In this document: piece by piece, positions 36,673-45,166 of the stretch
Layout of the letters: every line of letters begins with the position of its first letter
How positions within the stretch are numbered: the stretch's first letter is position 1
Source of the DNA: Patescibacteria group bacterium
GTDB lineage: Bacteria > Patescibacteriota > Minisyncoccia > 2-02-FULL-40-12 > GWA2-44-9
Direction of reading: 5' to 3'
Assembly: GCA_038065515.1 (NCBI GenBank)
Contig: JBBTQV010000016.1
Span: forward strand, 5,462 to 69,461
Length of the DNA: 64,000 nt
Notes under the pieces: model-generated
Seen by the model: only the letters and a program-made list of their open reading frames with translations
The model's database searches: none
Told to the model about the DNA's origin: nothing
Position numbers and translations under genes: made by a program

Positions 36673-37530
36673 TTAATTACACTCCTGTCTTCCTGATTTG
36701 TCAATCCCCTGTATCTCATCTTCTGCAATCTCGCTTGCAATGGTGAGAATCCGCGCAAAATCTTCAGCGCGGACGGACGCCCCGCCGACGAGAACGCCGG
36801 AAATTTCGGAGCGTTGCAAAAACTCATGCGCATTGGCAGGCGTCACCGAACCGCCATAGAGAAAGGCGATGTGCGACACATCGAAATGATCGGCTAACGC
36901 TTCGCGGATGAGACTCATCGACTGCACGGCGCTGGCGGGCGTGTCGGGTTTGGCATCAGGGTTGGTGCTAATGGCCCACACCGGCTCGTACGCTATGATG
37001 CACTGCCCTACCTGTCCGGGCGTCAATCCGCGGAATGTCGCGGCGACCTGCGCTTTGAGCGCATCCTGCCAATCGCCCTCGCGAGCTTGCCCGCCGAAGC
37101 CTTGGCGTAGGCGGGTGCGCTCACCGACGCACACAATAGGCACCAATCCGTTGCGGAGCGCCGCCCGCAGTTTTTCGTTGACCATTTCGTCATCTTCATT
37201 GAGCTTGTAGCGCCGGTCACTGTGCCCAACAATCACATACCGCACGCCGAGTTTTGCCAGTTGCGGACCGCTCACCTCGCCCGTCTGTGCGACATCATCA
37301 CGCGCCGCAATATCCTGCGCACCCAACCGCGCTACATCGGCAAGCACGCCTTCGCCCAACATTGCGGCGACATCTTCCAGAAAAACAAACGGCGGACAGA
37401 ACACAATATCCAGCTGTTGCGCCCCTGCGCCCAGTCCGCGGACATGTTCGTCAATTTTCGCGACAATATCCTGCGCCTCGGCAAGAGTCTTCGGATTCAT
37501 CTTCCAATTCGCGATGATTAACTTTTTCAT
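36673..37530 (-). CDS. tpiA: triosephosphate isomerase
   Basis: IANWKMN, GHSDRR, IAYEPVWAIST, GGSV. ATG overlaps the RT2 stop (ATGA). Confidence 0.9.
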   Translation of the reverse strand: MKKLIIANWKMNPKTLAEAQDIVAKIDEHVRGLGAGAQQLDIVFCPPFVFLEDVAAMLGEGVLADVARLGAQDIAARDDVAQTGEVSGPQLAKLGVRYVIVGHSDRRYKLNEDDEMVNEKLRAALRNGLVPIVCVGERTRLRQGFGGQAREGDWQDALKAQVAATFRGLTPGQVGQCIIAYEPVWAISTNPDAKPDTPASAVQSMSLIREALADHFDVSHIAFLYGGSVTPANAHEFLQRSEISGVLVGGASVRAEDFARILTIASEIAEDEIQGIDKSGRQECN

Positions 37531-38561
37531 GTGGAATAGAGCCACGCAACATTGCGCAATTCCTGTTCTATCTTATACGCATTCCCGTGGCCGAGCAATC
37601 CGAGATAGGACTGGAGCGTAGTCTGGACTGGCCTCTTTACGATGTTACGGAACGCTCGTCGTTTCGTTACTGTTCGCAGAACTTTGTGGGTTGGAAAATA
37701 GGACCATCCAAGAAAGTCGACACCGGATGCCAATGTCTTGAGCGCAATCTTCCGAGGATGCAAGTGCAACAACAAATAGCATTGCAGGAAGTCGCTTACG
37801 CATGGAACGAGCGAGACCAGAAAAACTCTGTTGGGATGCAGTATGACAAAATCATCTGCGTAGCGGATATAGTGAGGCAAACCCATCCGGTTCTTCATGA
37901 AGCAATCCAGCTCATTCATATAGATATTGGCCAGTAGTTGCGATGTCAGATTACCCAACGGCAAACCCCTACCAGGGCTTGCATGGAAACTGCTGATGAC
38001 TTCTTGAAGAAGCCTCATAACCAAAGCATCTGAAATCGTCCGCGCAAGAATGGCCGATAGTCTGACATGGTCGATGCTGGCAAAGAATTTTCGGATGTCA
38101 CACTTCAACACCCAGCAGGTCCGAGTATTGTTTTCGCTTGTCTTGTTGATGAAAGAACGGAATCGCGCTCCGGCTGCATGAATCCCCTTGTCTACCCGAC
38201 AAGAAAATGAATCGGAAATGAATAGATGGTCAAAGATTGGATATAACACTCGATGGATTGCGTGATGGAGCAAACGGTCGCGAACTGTTGCCTTATGGAT
38301 ATGGCGCGGCTTGGGATCGCAAATATGAAAGCTGTGATACGGACCATGCCGATACGCTCCATTGGCAAGCTCGTCGTGCAGGTATAGGATGTTGTCCATC
38401 AGTTCCCGCTCGAATTCTTGGACATCAACCTTGTCCCGCTTGCCAGACACGAACTCTTGCCATGCGAGCAGAAGATTTTCCAGAGAAATTATTTCCTCAA
38501 ACATACAAAAACCTATATGACCCCCCCCCCAACAAGACTTACCGATACTGCAAAAGGCCAC
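37527..38561 (-). CDS. diversity-generating retroelement reverse transcriptase (DGR-2 RT), paralogue of RT1
   Basis: LPLGNLTSQLLANIYMNELD and YIRYADDFVIL. Roughly 60% identical to RT1 by eye. True start probably MFEEIISLE at 38504. Confidence 0.85.
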   Translation of the reverse strand: MAFCSIGKSCWGGGHIGFCMFEEIISLENLLLAWQEFVSGKRDKVDVQEFERELMDNILYLHDELANGAYRHGPYHSFHICDPKPRHIHKATVRDRLLHHAIHRVLYPIFDHLFISDSFSCRVDKGIHAAGARFRSFINKTSENNTRTCWVLKCDIRKFFASIDHVRLSAILARTISDALVMRLLQEVISSFHASPGRGLPLGNLTSQLLANIYMNELDCFMKNRMGLPHYIRYADDFVILHPNRVFLVSLVPCVSDFLQCYLLLHLHPRKIALKTLASGVDFLGWSYFPTHKVLRTVTKRRAFRNIVKRPVQTTLQSYLGLLGHGNAYKIEQELRNVAWLYST

Positions 38562-38874
38562 CGCCGCATACCTGCTCTGGCATGAGTGTCTTCCCCGTTT
38601 ACCGCGATTGACTCGGTTTACCCTCGGCTCAAAAATAGATCGACTCTATCTCGAGACTATCGAATACATGCTCATCGCCGGATATACCGCCCGCGAACGA
38701 AAGCTCGTTATCGTTCAACAAGCAAGCGCCAAACTCGATACGCTCAAGTTTTTCTTGAAAATCGCCTGGCAGGCAAAAGCGCTGTCTCCAAAAAAGTATG
38801 CGGAGCTGTCAGCGCCAGTCGCCGAGATTGGTAAGATGCTCGGCGGCTGGCATAAACAGTTGACCAGCGAATAG
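38517..38874 (+). CDS. avd: Avd-like four-helix-bundle protein (DGR-2), N-terminus out of frame at a C10 tract
   Basis: ORF-track TTG 38608..38874. Same frame upstream from 38521 encodes PPPQQDLPILQKATAAYLLWHECLPRLPRL, homologous to the Avd1 N-terminal region. ATG 38517 is joined if the C10 run (38521-38530) were C9. Confidence 0.6.
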
Positions 38875-39001
38875 ACTTGCGGACTGCGGCGAAACGGTAG
38901 TTCTCGTTCCACTCGTTGTCGAACCAGTTCAGGTTCAGGTTGCGTTCATGGTCGTTCCGGTTCAGATACGCCACATTGCGGTTGTCATTGACCTTGGCCA
39001 C
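38875..39001 (-). repeat. DGR-2 template repeat (TR2)
   Basis: 127 bp matching the target2 3' end with 12 differences, all at TR adenines. Lies inside the spurious ORF 38744..39004. Begins 1 nt after the Avd2 stop. Confidence 0.85.
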
Positions 39002-39236
39002 CATGTGCAGAGTGCCATCCGTATCACTGTCCTTTAGCTATCTTCGGGACTGTATTTTATCCGGAGCCTGTGCTCACCAGCACCCTGCACCAAGTATATT
39101 CATTGGAAGAGAATTGCGATGGCACACTGACGACGAACATGTTCGCAGTCATTCTGTCCGGTCGCCAATTCTAGAATTCGGCCGCCCGAAGCCGTAGCCG
39201 CGGACCGCATCGCCTACTATCCACAGACAGTATACA

Positions 39237-39278
39237 CAAAAAAGAAACCGCCGTGCGAGCACGATGCTCGCACGGCGG
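39237..39278 (-). terminator. rho-independent terminator after DGR-2 target gene
   Basis: 13-bp perfect stem ccgccgtgcgagc/gctcgcacggcgg with 5-nt loop, then T-run on minus strand. Confidence 0.55.
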
Positions 39279-39284
39279 AAGGAA

Positions 39285-39305
39285 CCAAGGCTCCCAGCAC
39301 CTTGG
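39285..39305 (-). promoter_or_regulatory. hairpin immediately 3' of VR2 (candidate DGR target-recognition/IMH-associated stem-loop)
   Basis: ccaagg-ctcccagca-ccttgg. Located about 30 nt past the VR2 end. DGR VRs are typically followed by such a hairpin. Confidence 0.4.
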
Positions 39306-39335
39306 CCAGTGCCAAGAGCCCCAGGTTCCCAGTGC

Positions 39336-39980
39336 TTACTTGCGGACTGCGGCGAAACGGTAGTTCTCGAACCACTCGCTGTCGAACCAGTACAGGTTCA
39401 GGTAGCGTACACGGTCGTACCGGTCCAGATACGCCACATAGCGGTCGTCATGGACCTTGGCCACGGTGCCCAGCGCAACGATGGGAAACTCCAACTGGAG
39501 ACCCGAGTGTTGGATGCCGATCCAGAGCAACTCCAAGAAGGTGGCCGGACGCAGACCTTGGCGGTCCATGTCAGCGATGACCTCGTCCGAGGTCATCCGC
39601 TTGTTGTAGTGGAGCAGATGGACTTCGGCGGTACGGGTGCCGTCTCCGGTACCGAAACTGAAATGCTTGACGATGTTGGAGTTGACCCAGTCGTACTTGC
39701 CGTCGGCGATGAGCTGGACCGTTGTCTTGGTCAGATCCATCATCACGGAGATGGTGCGGTCGAGGAACTCGATGGCGGTACGCTTGGTACCGACGATGAG
39801 TTGGGCAATTTTGCCGCGCAAGTCCTTGCTCGTGAGGATTCGCTCCAGGTCGGCGTCGTTGCCACCCAGCGCGAGCACCGCATCCACGAGGGCCTTGAAC
39901 ACCTCGAACGCCTTACCCCAACCCTTGAGAAACTCACTCTTCTGACGAGCCATAGCTCGCCTCCTTCGTTTGTGGCTCAT
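39336..39980 (-). CDS. DGR-2 target protein (214 aa, no signal peptide) with C-terminal variable region
   Basis: C-terminus VAKVHDDRYVAYLDRYDRVRYLNLYWFDSEWFENYRFAAVRK versus TR-encoded VAKVNDNRNVAYLNRNDHERNLNLNWFDNEWNENYRFAAVRK. Confidence 0.75.
   Translation of the reverse strand: MSHKRRRRAMARQKSEFLKGWGKAFEVFKALVDAVLALGGNDADLERILTSKDLRGKIAQLIVGTKRTAIEFLDRTISVMMDLTKTTVQLIADGKYDWVNSNIVKHFSFGTGDGTRTAEVHLLHYNKRMTSDEVIADMDRQGLRPATFLELLWIGIQHSGLQLEFPIVALGTVAKVHDDRYVAYLDRYDRVRYLNLYWFDSEWFENYRFAAVRK
39338..39464 (-). repeat. DGR-2 variable repeat (VR2)
   Basis: All 12 mismatches to TR2 are at TR adenine positions. Ends at the target stop codon. Confidence 0.85.
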
Positions 39981-40168
39981 TCCCTACCCACGCAGAATAC
40001 GGGGCCCGGAACTTGCCGTTTTCAATGTTCGCAGGGCTTCACCCCTGTATTTTTGTATTATATCAAATCTCAACGATAATAGCAAGGACTCGCTCGGACC
40101 GCCGAATATGGTGATCCGAGCGAAGCGATGGCGGCACAAGGCAAAACCGTACCTACCGTCGCGAAGCG

Positions 40169-41191
40169 CTATACCTTCGTTTCGCGAAGATGCCTAGCAC
40201 AGTCGTCGGGATCGAACGGGTTGATATAGATGGCGGTTGAGAGCTCAAAGCCCGCGGCTATCGGGATGCGCGGTACGACCTCGATGTGCCAGTGATAAAA
40301 ATCGTAATTGATGAGCGGGTCACGCATGACCGGTGCGGTATGGATATAAAAGTTGTAATCGACATCGTCCAGCGCGGCGTACAACTTACGCAAAACCACA
40401 TTCAACATATTGGCGCATTGCGAAAGCGTGGCGTCATCGGACAACTCGAACCGCGGCATCTGCCGTTTAGGGAAAATACGCACTTCGTATCCGCCTTTGG
40501 AGACAAACGGACAGAACGCGATGAACTGTTCGTTCTCATACACAATGCGTTTGTTTTCGCGCAGCTCCCAGTCAATCATTGCCTGATGCACCGGAACCCC
40601 ATGCTGCTGCATGTAGTCATCGGAACCCTGCAGTGAACGGACAATTTCCGGTGGCACAATGGGAGTAGAAATAATCTGCGAGTGATTATGCAAAATACTG
40701 GCACCTGCCGCGCGTCCGTGATTGTGGAATATGCTGATGTAGTCGCCGCACTCATCCTGTGAGATTTCAGTGTATCGGCCCCGGTATACTTGCAGGACCT
40801 CCCGTGTCTGCTCATCGGTGAACTGCGCGAAGTGCGCGTCGTGGTCGCGCGTGATGACCAATTCATGAAAACCGTTCGCCGCATGCGTCAGATACGGTCC
40901 TGCCTGTCGGGGCTCTCCGCATATCCCATGCTGTAACGCGGGAAATTTATTCGGTACCACCACGGTCGTCCACGGACCATTCCAGTCACCATGCCAAGTG
41001 ATGGGTTTGCCGTTGTCATAGACATGCACCGGCGTTTCCTGTGCGCCCATCTGTTCAGGCTCAAAGACGCACTCCTCTTTCGATTGCATAAGGCGTTCGC
41101 GCTTCCCGTCATGCGGCCTCCGGGCACGCAAACTCGAAATAAGGACCCACTCGCCTGAAACCAAATCTTTTCTGAATTCGTTGACTGCCAT
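40169..41191 (-). CDS. galT: galactose-1-phosphate uridylyltransferase family (GalT-like HIT transferase)
   Basis: IFHNHGRAAGASILHNHSQI (H-x-H-x-Q active site). Zn-binding Cys/His N-terminal region. Confidence 0.75.
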   Translation of the reverse strand: MAVNEFRKDLVSGEWVLISSLRARRPHDGKRERLMQSKEECVFEPEQMGAQETPVHVYDNGKPITWHGDWNGPWTTVVVPNKFPALQHGICGEPRQAGPYLTHAANGFHELVITRDHDAHFAQFTDEQTREVLQVYRGRYTEISQDECGDYISIFHNHGRAAGASILHNHSQIISTPIVPPEIVRSLQGSDDYMQQHGVPVHQAMIDWELRENKRIVYENEQFIAFCPFVSKGGYEVRIFPKRQMPRFELSDDATLSQCANMLNVVLRKLYAALDDVDYNFYIHTAPVMRDPLINYDFYHWHIEVVPRIPIAAGFELSTAIYINPFDPDDCARHLRETKV

Positions 41192-41195
41192 CGTT

Positions 41196-41918
41196 TTATT
41201 TATTGTAATCCCCGCGAATGCGTTTGAATCCGACCAGAACGGTTTCCATGAGCACCTTCGGATAGGTCCAAAAATTCACGCGCGTTTCCGGCGGATTATT
41301 CCAGGTAATGGGAATCTCGCGGATACCGAATCCGCGGGCGCGCGCACCTGCCAGCGCATCCACATCGAATCCCCACCCGAAAATGGTAAGCCGTGAGAAT
41401 ATTTCCTGCGCGGCGCGTGCAGTGAACACCTTGAACCCGCGTTGAGTATCCCACACACCCGGCACCGCCCATATCTGTATCCAGAGATTTCCCGCCTTGC
41501 CCAACAATTGCCGCCAGAGCGGCTCCGACCCTCCGCGCACCACTTTAGACCCGTGTACCGCGAGCGAACCGATAACGACCGCAATCCCCTGTTCCAAGAG
41601 CGGCCGCATCGCGTCGAAGTGATCGATGGTGGTGCTGTTGTCGGCATCCATGAACAGACGCACTTCACCCGTACCGAACAGCATGCCCGTTATCACCGCA
41701 TATCCTTTGCCCGGCCGCTTTTCATCGATAAGCCGGATACTGCGAAATTGATGCTGCATACCACGCACAATATCTGCCGTCGCATCCGTGGATCGGTTGT
41801 TGACCACGATAACTTCGGAAACAAAATCCTGCTTCGCCAGCCACGAGCATACGGCCTGCAGTGTCGAACCGATGCGCTTCGCTTCATTGTATGTGGGAAT
41901 GATGACGGAGAGGTACAT
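41196..41918 (-). CDS. glycosyltransferase family 2 (polyprenyl-phosphate sugar synthase-like)
   Basis: VIIPTYNEA...DADNS GT-A DxD fold motifs. Confidence 0.8.
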   Translation of the reverse strand: MYLSVIIPTYNEAKRIGSTLQAVCSWLAKQDFVSEVIVVNNRSTDATADIVRGMQHQFRSIRLIDEKRPGKGYAVITGMLFGTGEVRLFMDADNSTTIDHFDAMRPLLEQGIAVVIGSLAVHGSKVVRGGSEPLWRQLLGKAGNLWIQIWAVPGVWDTQRGFKVFTARAAQEIFSRLTIFGWGFDVDALAGARARGFGIREIPITWNNPPETRVNFWTYPKVLMETVLVGFKRIRGDYNK

Positions 41919-41976
41919 GTTCCCTCTTATAGTATACGAAGCATCAAGTAATGGAAACTACCAACGGAATTGACAA

Positions 41977-42888
41977 ATGGGATTCCCTTCCATATTATAT
42001 GCAGTCTGCATGCCGCACACCGAAATCATCACCATTCGTCCGGATGACGACCGCTATCCCGAATTGCTCAAACGCATCGCCGATCCGCCCGCCCAGCTAT
42101 ATTGTCTGGGCAATATCACGCTATTGAATTCGTTTTGCGTCGGGGTTGTGGGTACCCGCAAGGCCAGCGACTATGGCCGCCAGGCAACTGCGGACATCGC
42201 CGGCCAGTTAGCGCAAAACGGCGTGACGATCGTGAGCGGTCTGGCGACGGGCATCGACTCGGTTGCGCACCGTGCCGCGTTGGATGCCAAAGGAAACACG
42301 ATTGCGGTCTTCGGCACGGGACTCGCTGACGACGATATTTTCCCCGTAGACAATGTACGACTCGCGCACGAGATCGTCGCCGCAGGCGGTCTGCTGATTT
42401 CGGAATACGAAGAAGGCGTGCATGGCCAGCCGTGGACATTCCCGATGCGCAACCGCATCATCTCCGGATTGTCGCGCGGTATCGTCGTGGTTGAAGCGGA
42501 TAAGAAATCCGGCTCTCTCATCACCGCCAAAGCCGCTCTGGATCAAGACCGAGATGTGTTCGCCGTACCGGGCAGTATTTACTGGCCGCGCTCGGTGGGT
42601 TCCAACTGGCTCATTCAGCAAGGCGCTCGGCCCGTACTGTGCGCAGCGGACATATTGGAATCGTACAAAATGCGTCAAATTCCTCTGCCCGAAGCGGCTC
42701 TGTCCACATCCGATCCGGTGCAAGAGAGTATACTGGCACTACTGCGACAAAACGGTCCGACACATCTGGACACGCTGGCCTCGCAGACGGGATTCGACAC
42801 GCCGCGCACGATGGCAGCGATTGCGATGCTCGAACTGTTCAGTGCCATCCAGCACATGGGCGGTGGTATCTACAAAACAACACAATGA
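41977..42888 (+). CDS. dprA: DNA processing protein DprA (Smf)
   Basis: VVGTRKASDYG, SGLATGIDSVAHRAAL, AVPGSI Rossmann-like DprA motifs. TGA stop overlaps the topA ATG. Confidence 0.85.
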   Translation: MGFPSILYAVCMPHTEIITIRPDDDRYPELLKRIADPPAQLYCLGNITLLNSFCVGVVGTRKASDYGRQATADIAGQLAQNGVTIVSGLATGIDSVAHRAALDAKGNTIAVFGTGLADDDIFPVDNVRLAHEIVAAGGLLISEYEEGVHGQPWTFPMRNRIISGLSRGIVVVEADKKSGSLITAKAALDQDRDVFAVPGSIYWPRSVGSNWLIQQGARPVLCAADILESYKMRQIPLPEAALSTSDPVQESILALLRQNGPTHLDTLASQTGFDTPRTMAAIAMLELFSAIQHMGGGIYKTTQ

Positions 42889-44900
42889 AATTAGTCATCG
42901 TTGAAAGCCCTACAAAAGCAAAAACAATCTCCCAGTATCTGGGAGATGATTTTGTCGTCCGCTCGAGCTACGGCCATGTGCGCGACTTGCCGAAATCCGA
43001 GCTGGGCATCGACACCGAACACGAGTTTGCGCCCACCTATATCGTGCCGACAAAAGCGAAAAAAAACCTCACCGAGTTGAAAAAAGAAGCGGCAAAAGCC
43101 GACACTATCGTGCTGGCGACCGATGAAGACCGCGAAGGAGAAGCGATAGCATGGCACCTCTTTGAGGCGTTGGGTCTGGCGAAACTTCAGAAGAAAAACA
43201 AAGAGCTCAAAATCCAGCGCATTGTGTTTCATGAAATCACGAAGCATGCCATCGAAGAGGCCGTCGCGAATCCGCGCGACATCGACCGCCATCTTGTGGA
43301 CGCCCAGCAGGCGCGTCGCGTGCTTGATCGTCTCGTCGGCTACAAACTTTCGCCGGTCCTCTGGAAACGCTACTACCGCGGGCTGTCGGCCGGGCGCGTA
43401 CAATCCGTCGCTACACGGCTGATTGTCGACCGGGAACGCGAAATCGAAGCGTTCAAGCCGGAAGAATACTGGACTATCACCGCGACGCTGCTGTCCGACG
43501 AGCACAAAGACATTCCCATCATCGCGGAGCTGTCGCAACGCGACGGCAAGCCATTGGATAAGTTCGGCATTCCCGACGAAATCACCTCAAAGAAAATCCT
43601 CGCGGCGCTCGACGGCGCCCCCTTTACCGTCGCCGCTGTTGAACGCACCGAAACATCGCGCATGCCGCACGCGCCGTTTACCACTTCCACCCTTCAGCAG
43701 GAATCCAATAAGCGCCTGCACTACTCCAGCAAGCAAACGATGATGTTCGCACAAGGTCTGTACGAGTCCGGTTATATCACCTACATGCGAACCGACTCGG
43801 TCAGTGTGGCCGAACAAGCGCTCGGACAATCGAAAGCATTCATCGAATCGCAGTACGGAGCGAATTACTTCAAGCGTCGCAAATTCAAGACAAAATCCAA
43901 GAGCGCGCAGGAAGCGCATGAAGCCGTGCGCCCAACCGACCCCGCACGCACACCCGAAATCATGGCTTCATCACTCTCGCCGCAACAACTCAAGCTGTAC
44001 GACCTCATCTGGCGTCGCTTCATGGCATCGCAGATGTCCGACGCGGTGTTTGATGCGACTGCCATTGATATCACCGCAAAGAATTTCGGTTTCCGCGCAA
44101 ACGGTTCGGTGCTCAAATTCGACGGCTGGCTCAAAGTCCTGCCGTCAAAGTTCGAAGATAATGCACTTCCGCTGGTGCGCTCCGGGGAAACGCTCGCACT
44201 GCAGGAGTTCAAACCCGAACAGCATTTCACGAAGCCGCCCGCGCGATACAACGAAGCGTCGCTCATCAAAACGCTTGAAAAAGAAGGTATCGGCCGGCCC
44301 AGCACCTACGCCGCAATCATCTCCACCATTGTCTTACGCAAATATGTAGAAAAAGACCGCTCACGCTATTTTCACCCGACACAAATCGGCAAGGATGTGA
44401 ACGACTATCTTGTCGAACAGTTCCCGCGCATCGTAGACCCGAAGTTCACCTCCGGCATGGAAGATCAGCTCGACGACATCGCCGCCGGCACGCGCCAGTG
44501 GGTCCCCACCATCCGCGCGTTTTACGCGCCGCTGGCGTTGGGCATCAAAGAAAAGATGACCGAGGCGCAGGCCGCGAAAGAATCCGAGATCGAGACCACC
44601 GACAAAATCTGCGACAAGTGCGGCAGTCCGATGGTGGTCAAGCGCGGCCGCTTTGGAAAGTTCATTGCCTGCTCAAACTTCCCCGAGTGCAAGAACATCT
44701 TCAAAGAACCAAGATCAACCGCGCCCGTTGAAAAAGTCGGCCGTGTCTGTCCGAAAGATGGCGGCGAGCTCATTTACCGCGTCGGCCGCTTCGGCAAGTT
44801 CATCGCCTGCGAAAACTTCCCGAAGTGCAAACACACGGAGAAGATCAAGAAAGCAAACGACGAACCAGTCACTTCTAAAAAAGAGGAACTGCAAACATAG
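42885..44900 (+). CDS. topA: DNA topoisomerase I
   Basis: MKLVIVESPTKAKTI (TOPRIM), catalytic Tyr region, C-terminal CxxC zinc ribbons. ORF-track start 42639 lies inside dprA and is rejected. Confidence 0.9.
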   Translation: MKLVIVESPTKAKTISQYLGDDFVVRSSYGHVRDLPKSELGIDTEHEFAPTYIVPTKAKKNLTELKKEAAKADTIVLATDEDREGEAIAWHLFEALGLAKLQKKNKELKIQRIVFHEITKHAIEEAVANPRDIDRHLVDAQQARRVLDRLVGYKLSPVLWKRYYRGLSAGRVQSVATRLIVDREREIEAFKPEEYWTITATLLSDEHKDIPIIAELSQRDGKPLDKFGIPDEITSKKILAALDGAPFTVAAVERTETSRMPHAPFTTSTLQQESNKRLHYSSKQTMMFAQGLYESGYITYMRTDSVSVAEQALGQSKAFIESQYGANYFKRRKFKTKSKSAQEAHEAVRPTDPARTPEIMASSLSPQQLKLYDLIWRRFMASQMSDAVFDATAIDITAKNFGFRANGSVLKFDGWLKVLPSKFEDNALPLVRSGETLALQEFKPEQHFTKPPARYNEASLIKTLEKEGIGRPSTYAAIISTIVLRKYVEKDRSRYFHPTQIGKDVNDYLVEQFPRIVDPKFTSGMEDQLDDIAAGTRQWVPTIRAFYAPLALGIKEKMTEAQAAKESEIETTDKICDKCGSPMVVKRGRFGKFIACSNFPECKNIFKEPRSTAPVEKVGRVCPKDGGELIYRVGRFGKFIACENFPKCKHTEKIKKANDEPVTSKKEELQT

Positions 44901-44946
44901 AAATAGAACTGCTCTCGGCACTTCTGTTCCCGCTCCGCCCAGCGAG

Positions 44947-45051
44947 CCCGCCCCGCCTGGGCATACGCAGGGTCGCTTGCTGTGCCAAAGCCAAGCAAAC
45001 AGCGATGACGACGCATGCACCGGGACCCGGCGTATGCCCAGGCGGGGCGGG
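44947..45051. repeat. 22-bp perfect inverted repeat (cccgccccgcctgggcatacgc ... gcgtatgcccaggcggggcggg) enclosing 61 bp
   Basis: Arms at 44947-44968 and 45030-45051 are exact reverse complements. The enclosed segment contains a nested cttgct/agcaa hairpin. Intergenic between topA and rel. Confidence 0.6.
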
Positions 45052-45166
45052 AAGCGCTATCTGAAATGACCCCGCTTTGGCGTTGGCAACTGCGAAGATT
45101 CGGATGTGGAGCAGTCTCTGCACAACAGGTTGAAACCGCCAGAGAATAGTTATAGACTTGCGTCAA

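Noticed and set aside
34161-38561. RT genes as group II intron maturases or retron RTs
   Set aside because: No intron RNA domains or msr/msd-like structure. Motif 4 carries the DGR-specific SQ and each RT has a cognate TR/VR pair.
38744-39004. 86-aa minus-strand ORF (MVAKVNDNRNVAYLNRND...)
   Set aside because: It is DGR-2 TR2 read in the target's frame, not an independent gene.
39264-40079. 271-aa plus-strand ORF
   Set aside because: Antisense to the DGR-2 target gene, whose frame is validated by the TR/VR relationship. Low-complexity translation.
42639-42884. N-terminal extension of the topA ORF (track start 42639)
   Set aside because: Lies entirely within dprA. Canonical TopA N-terminus MKLVIVESPTKAK starts at ATG 42885, overlapping the dprA stop.
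44947-45051. 22-bp inverted repeat as a CRISPR repeat
   Set aside because: Only one inverted pair, no array of direct repeats. No cas genes in the window.
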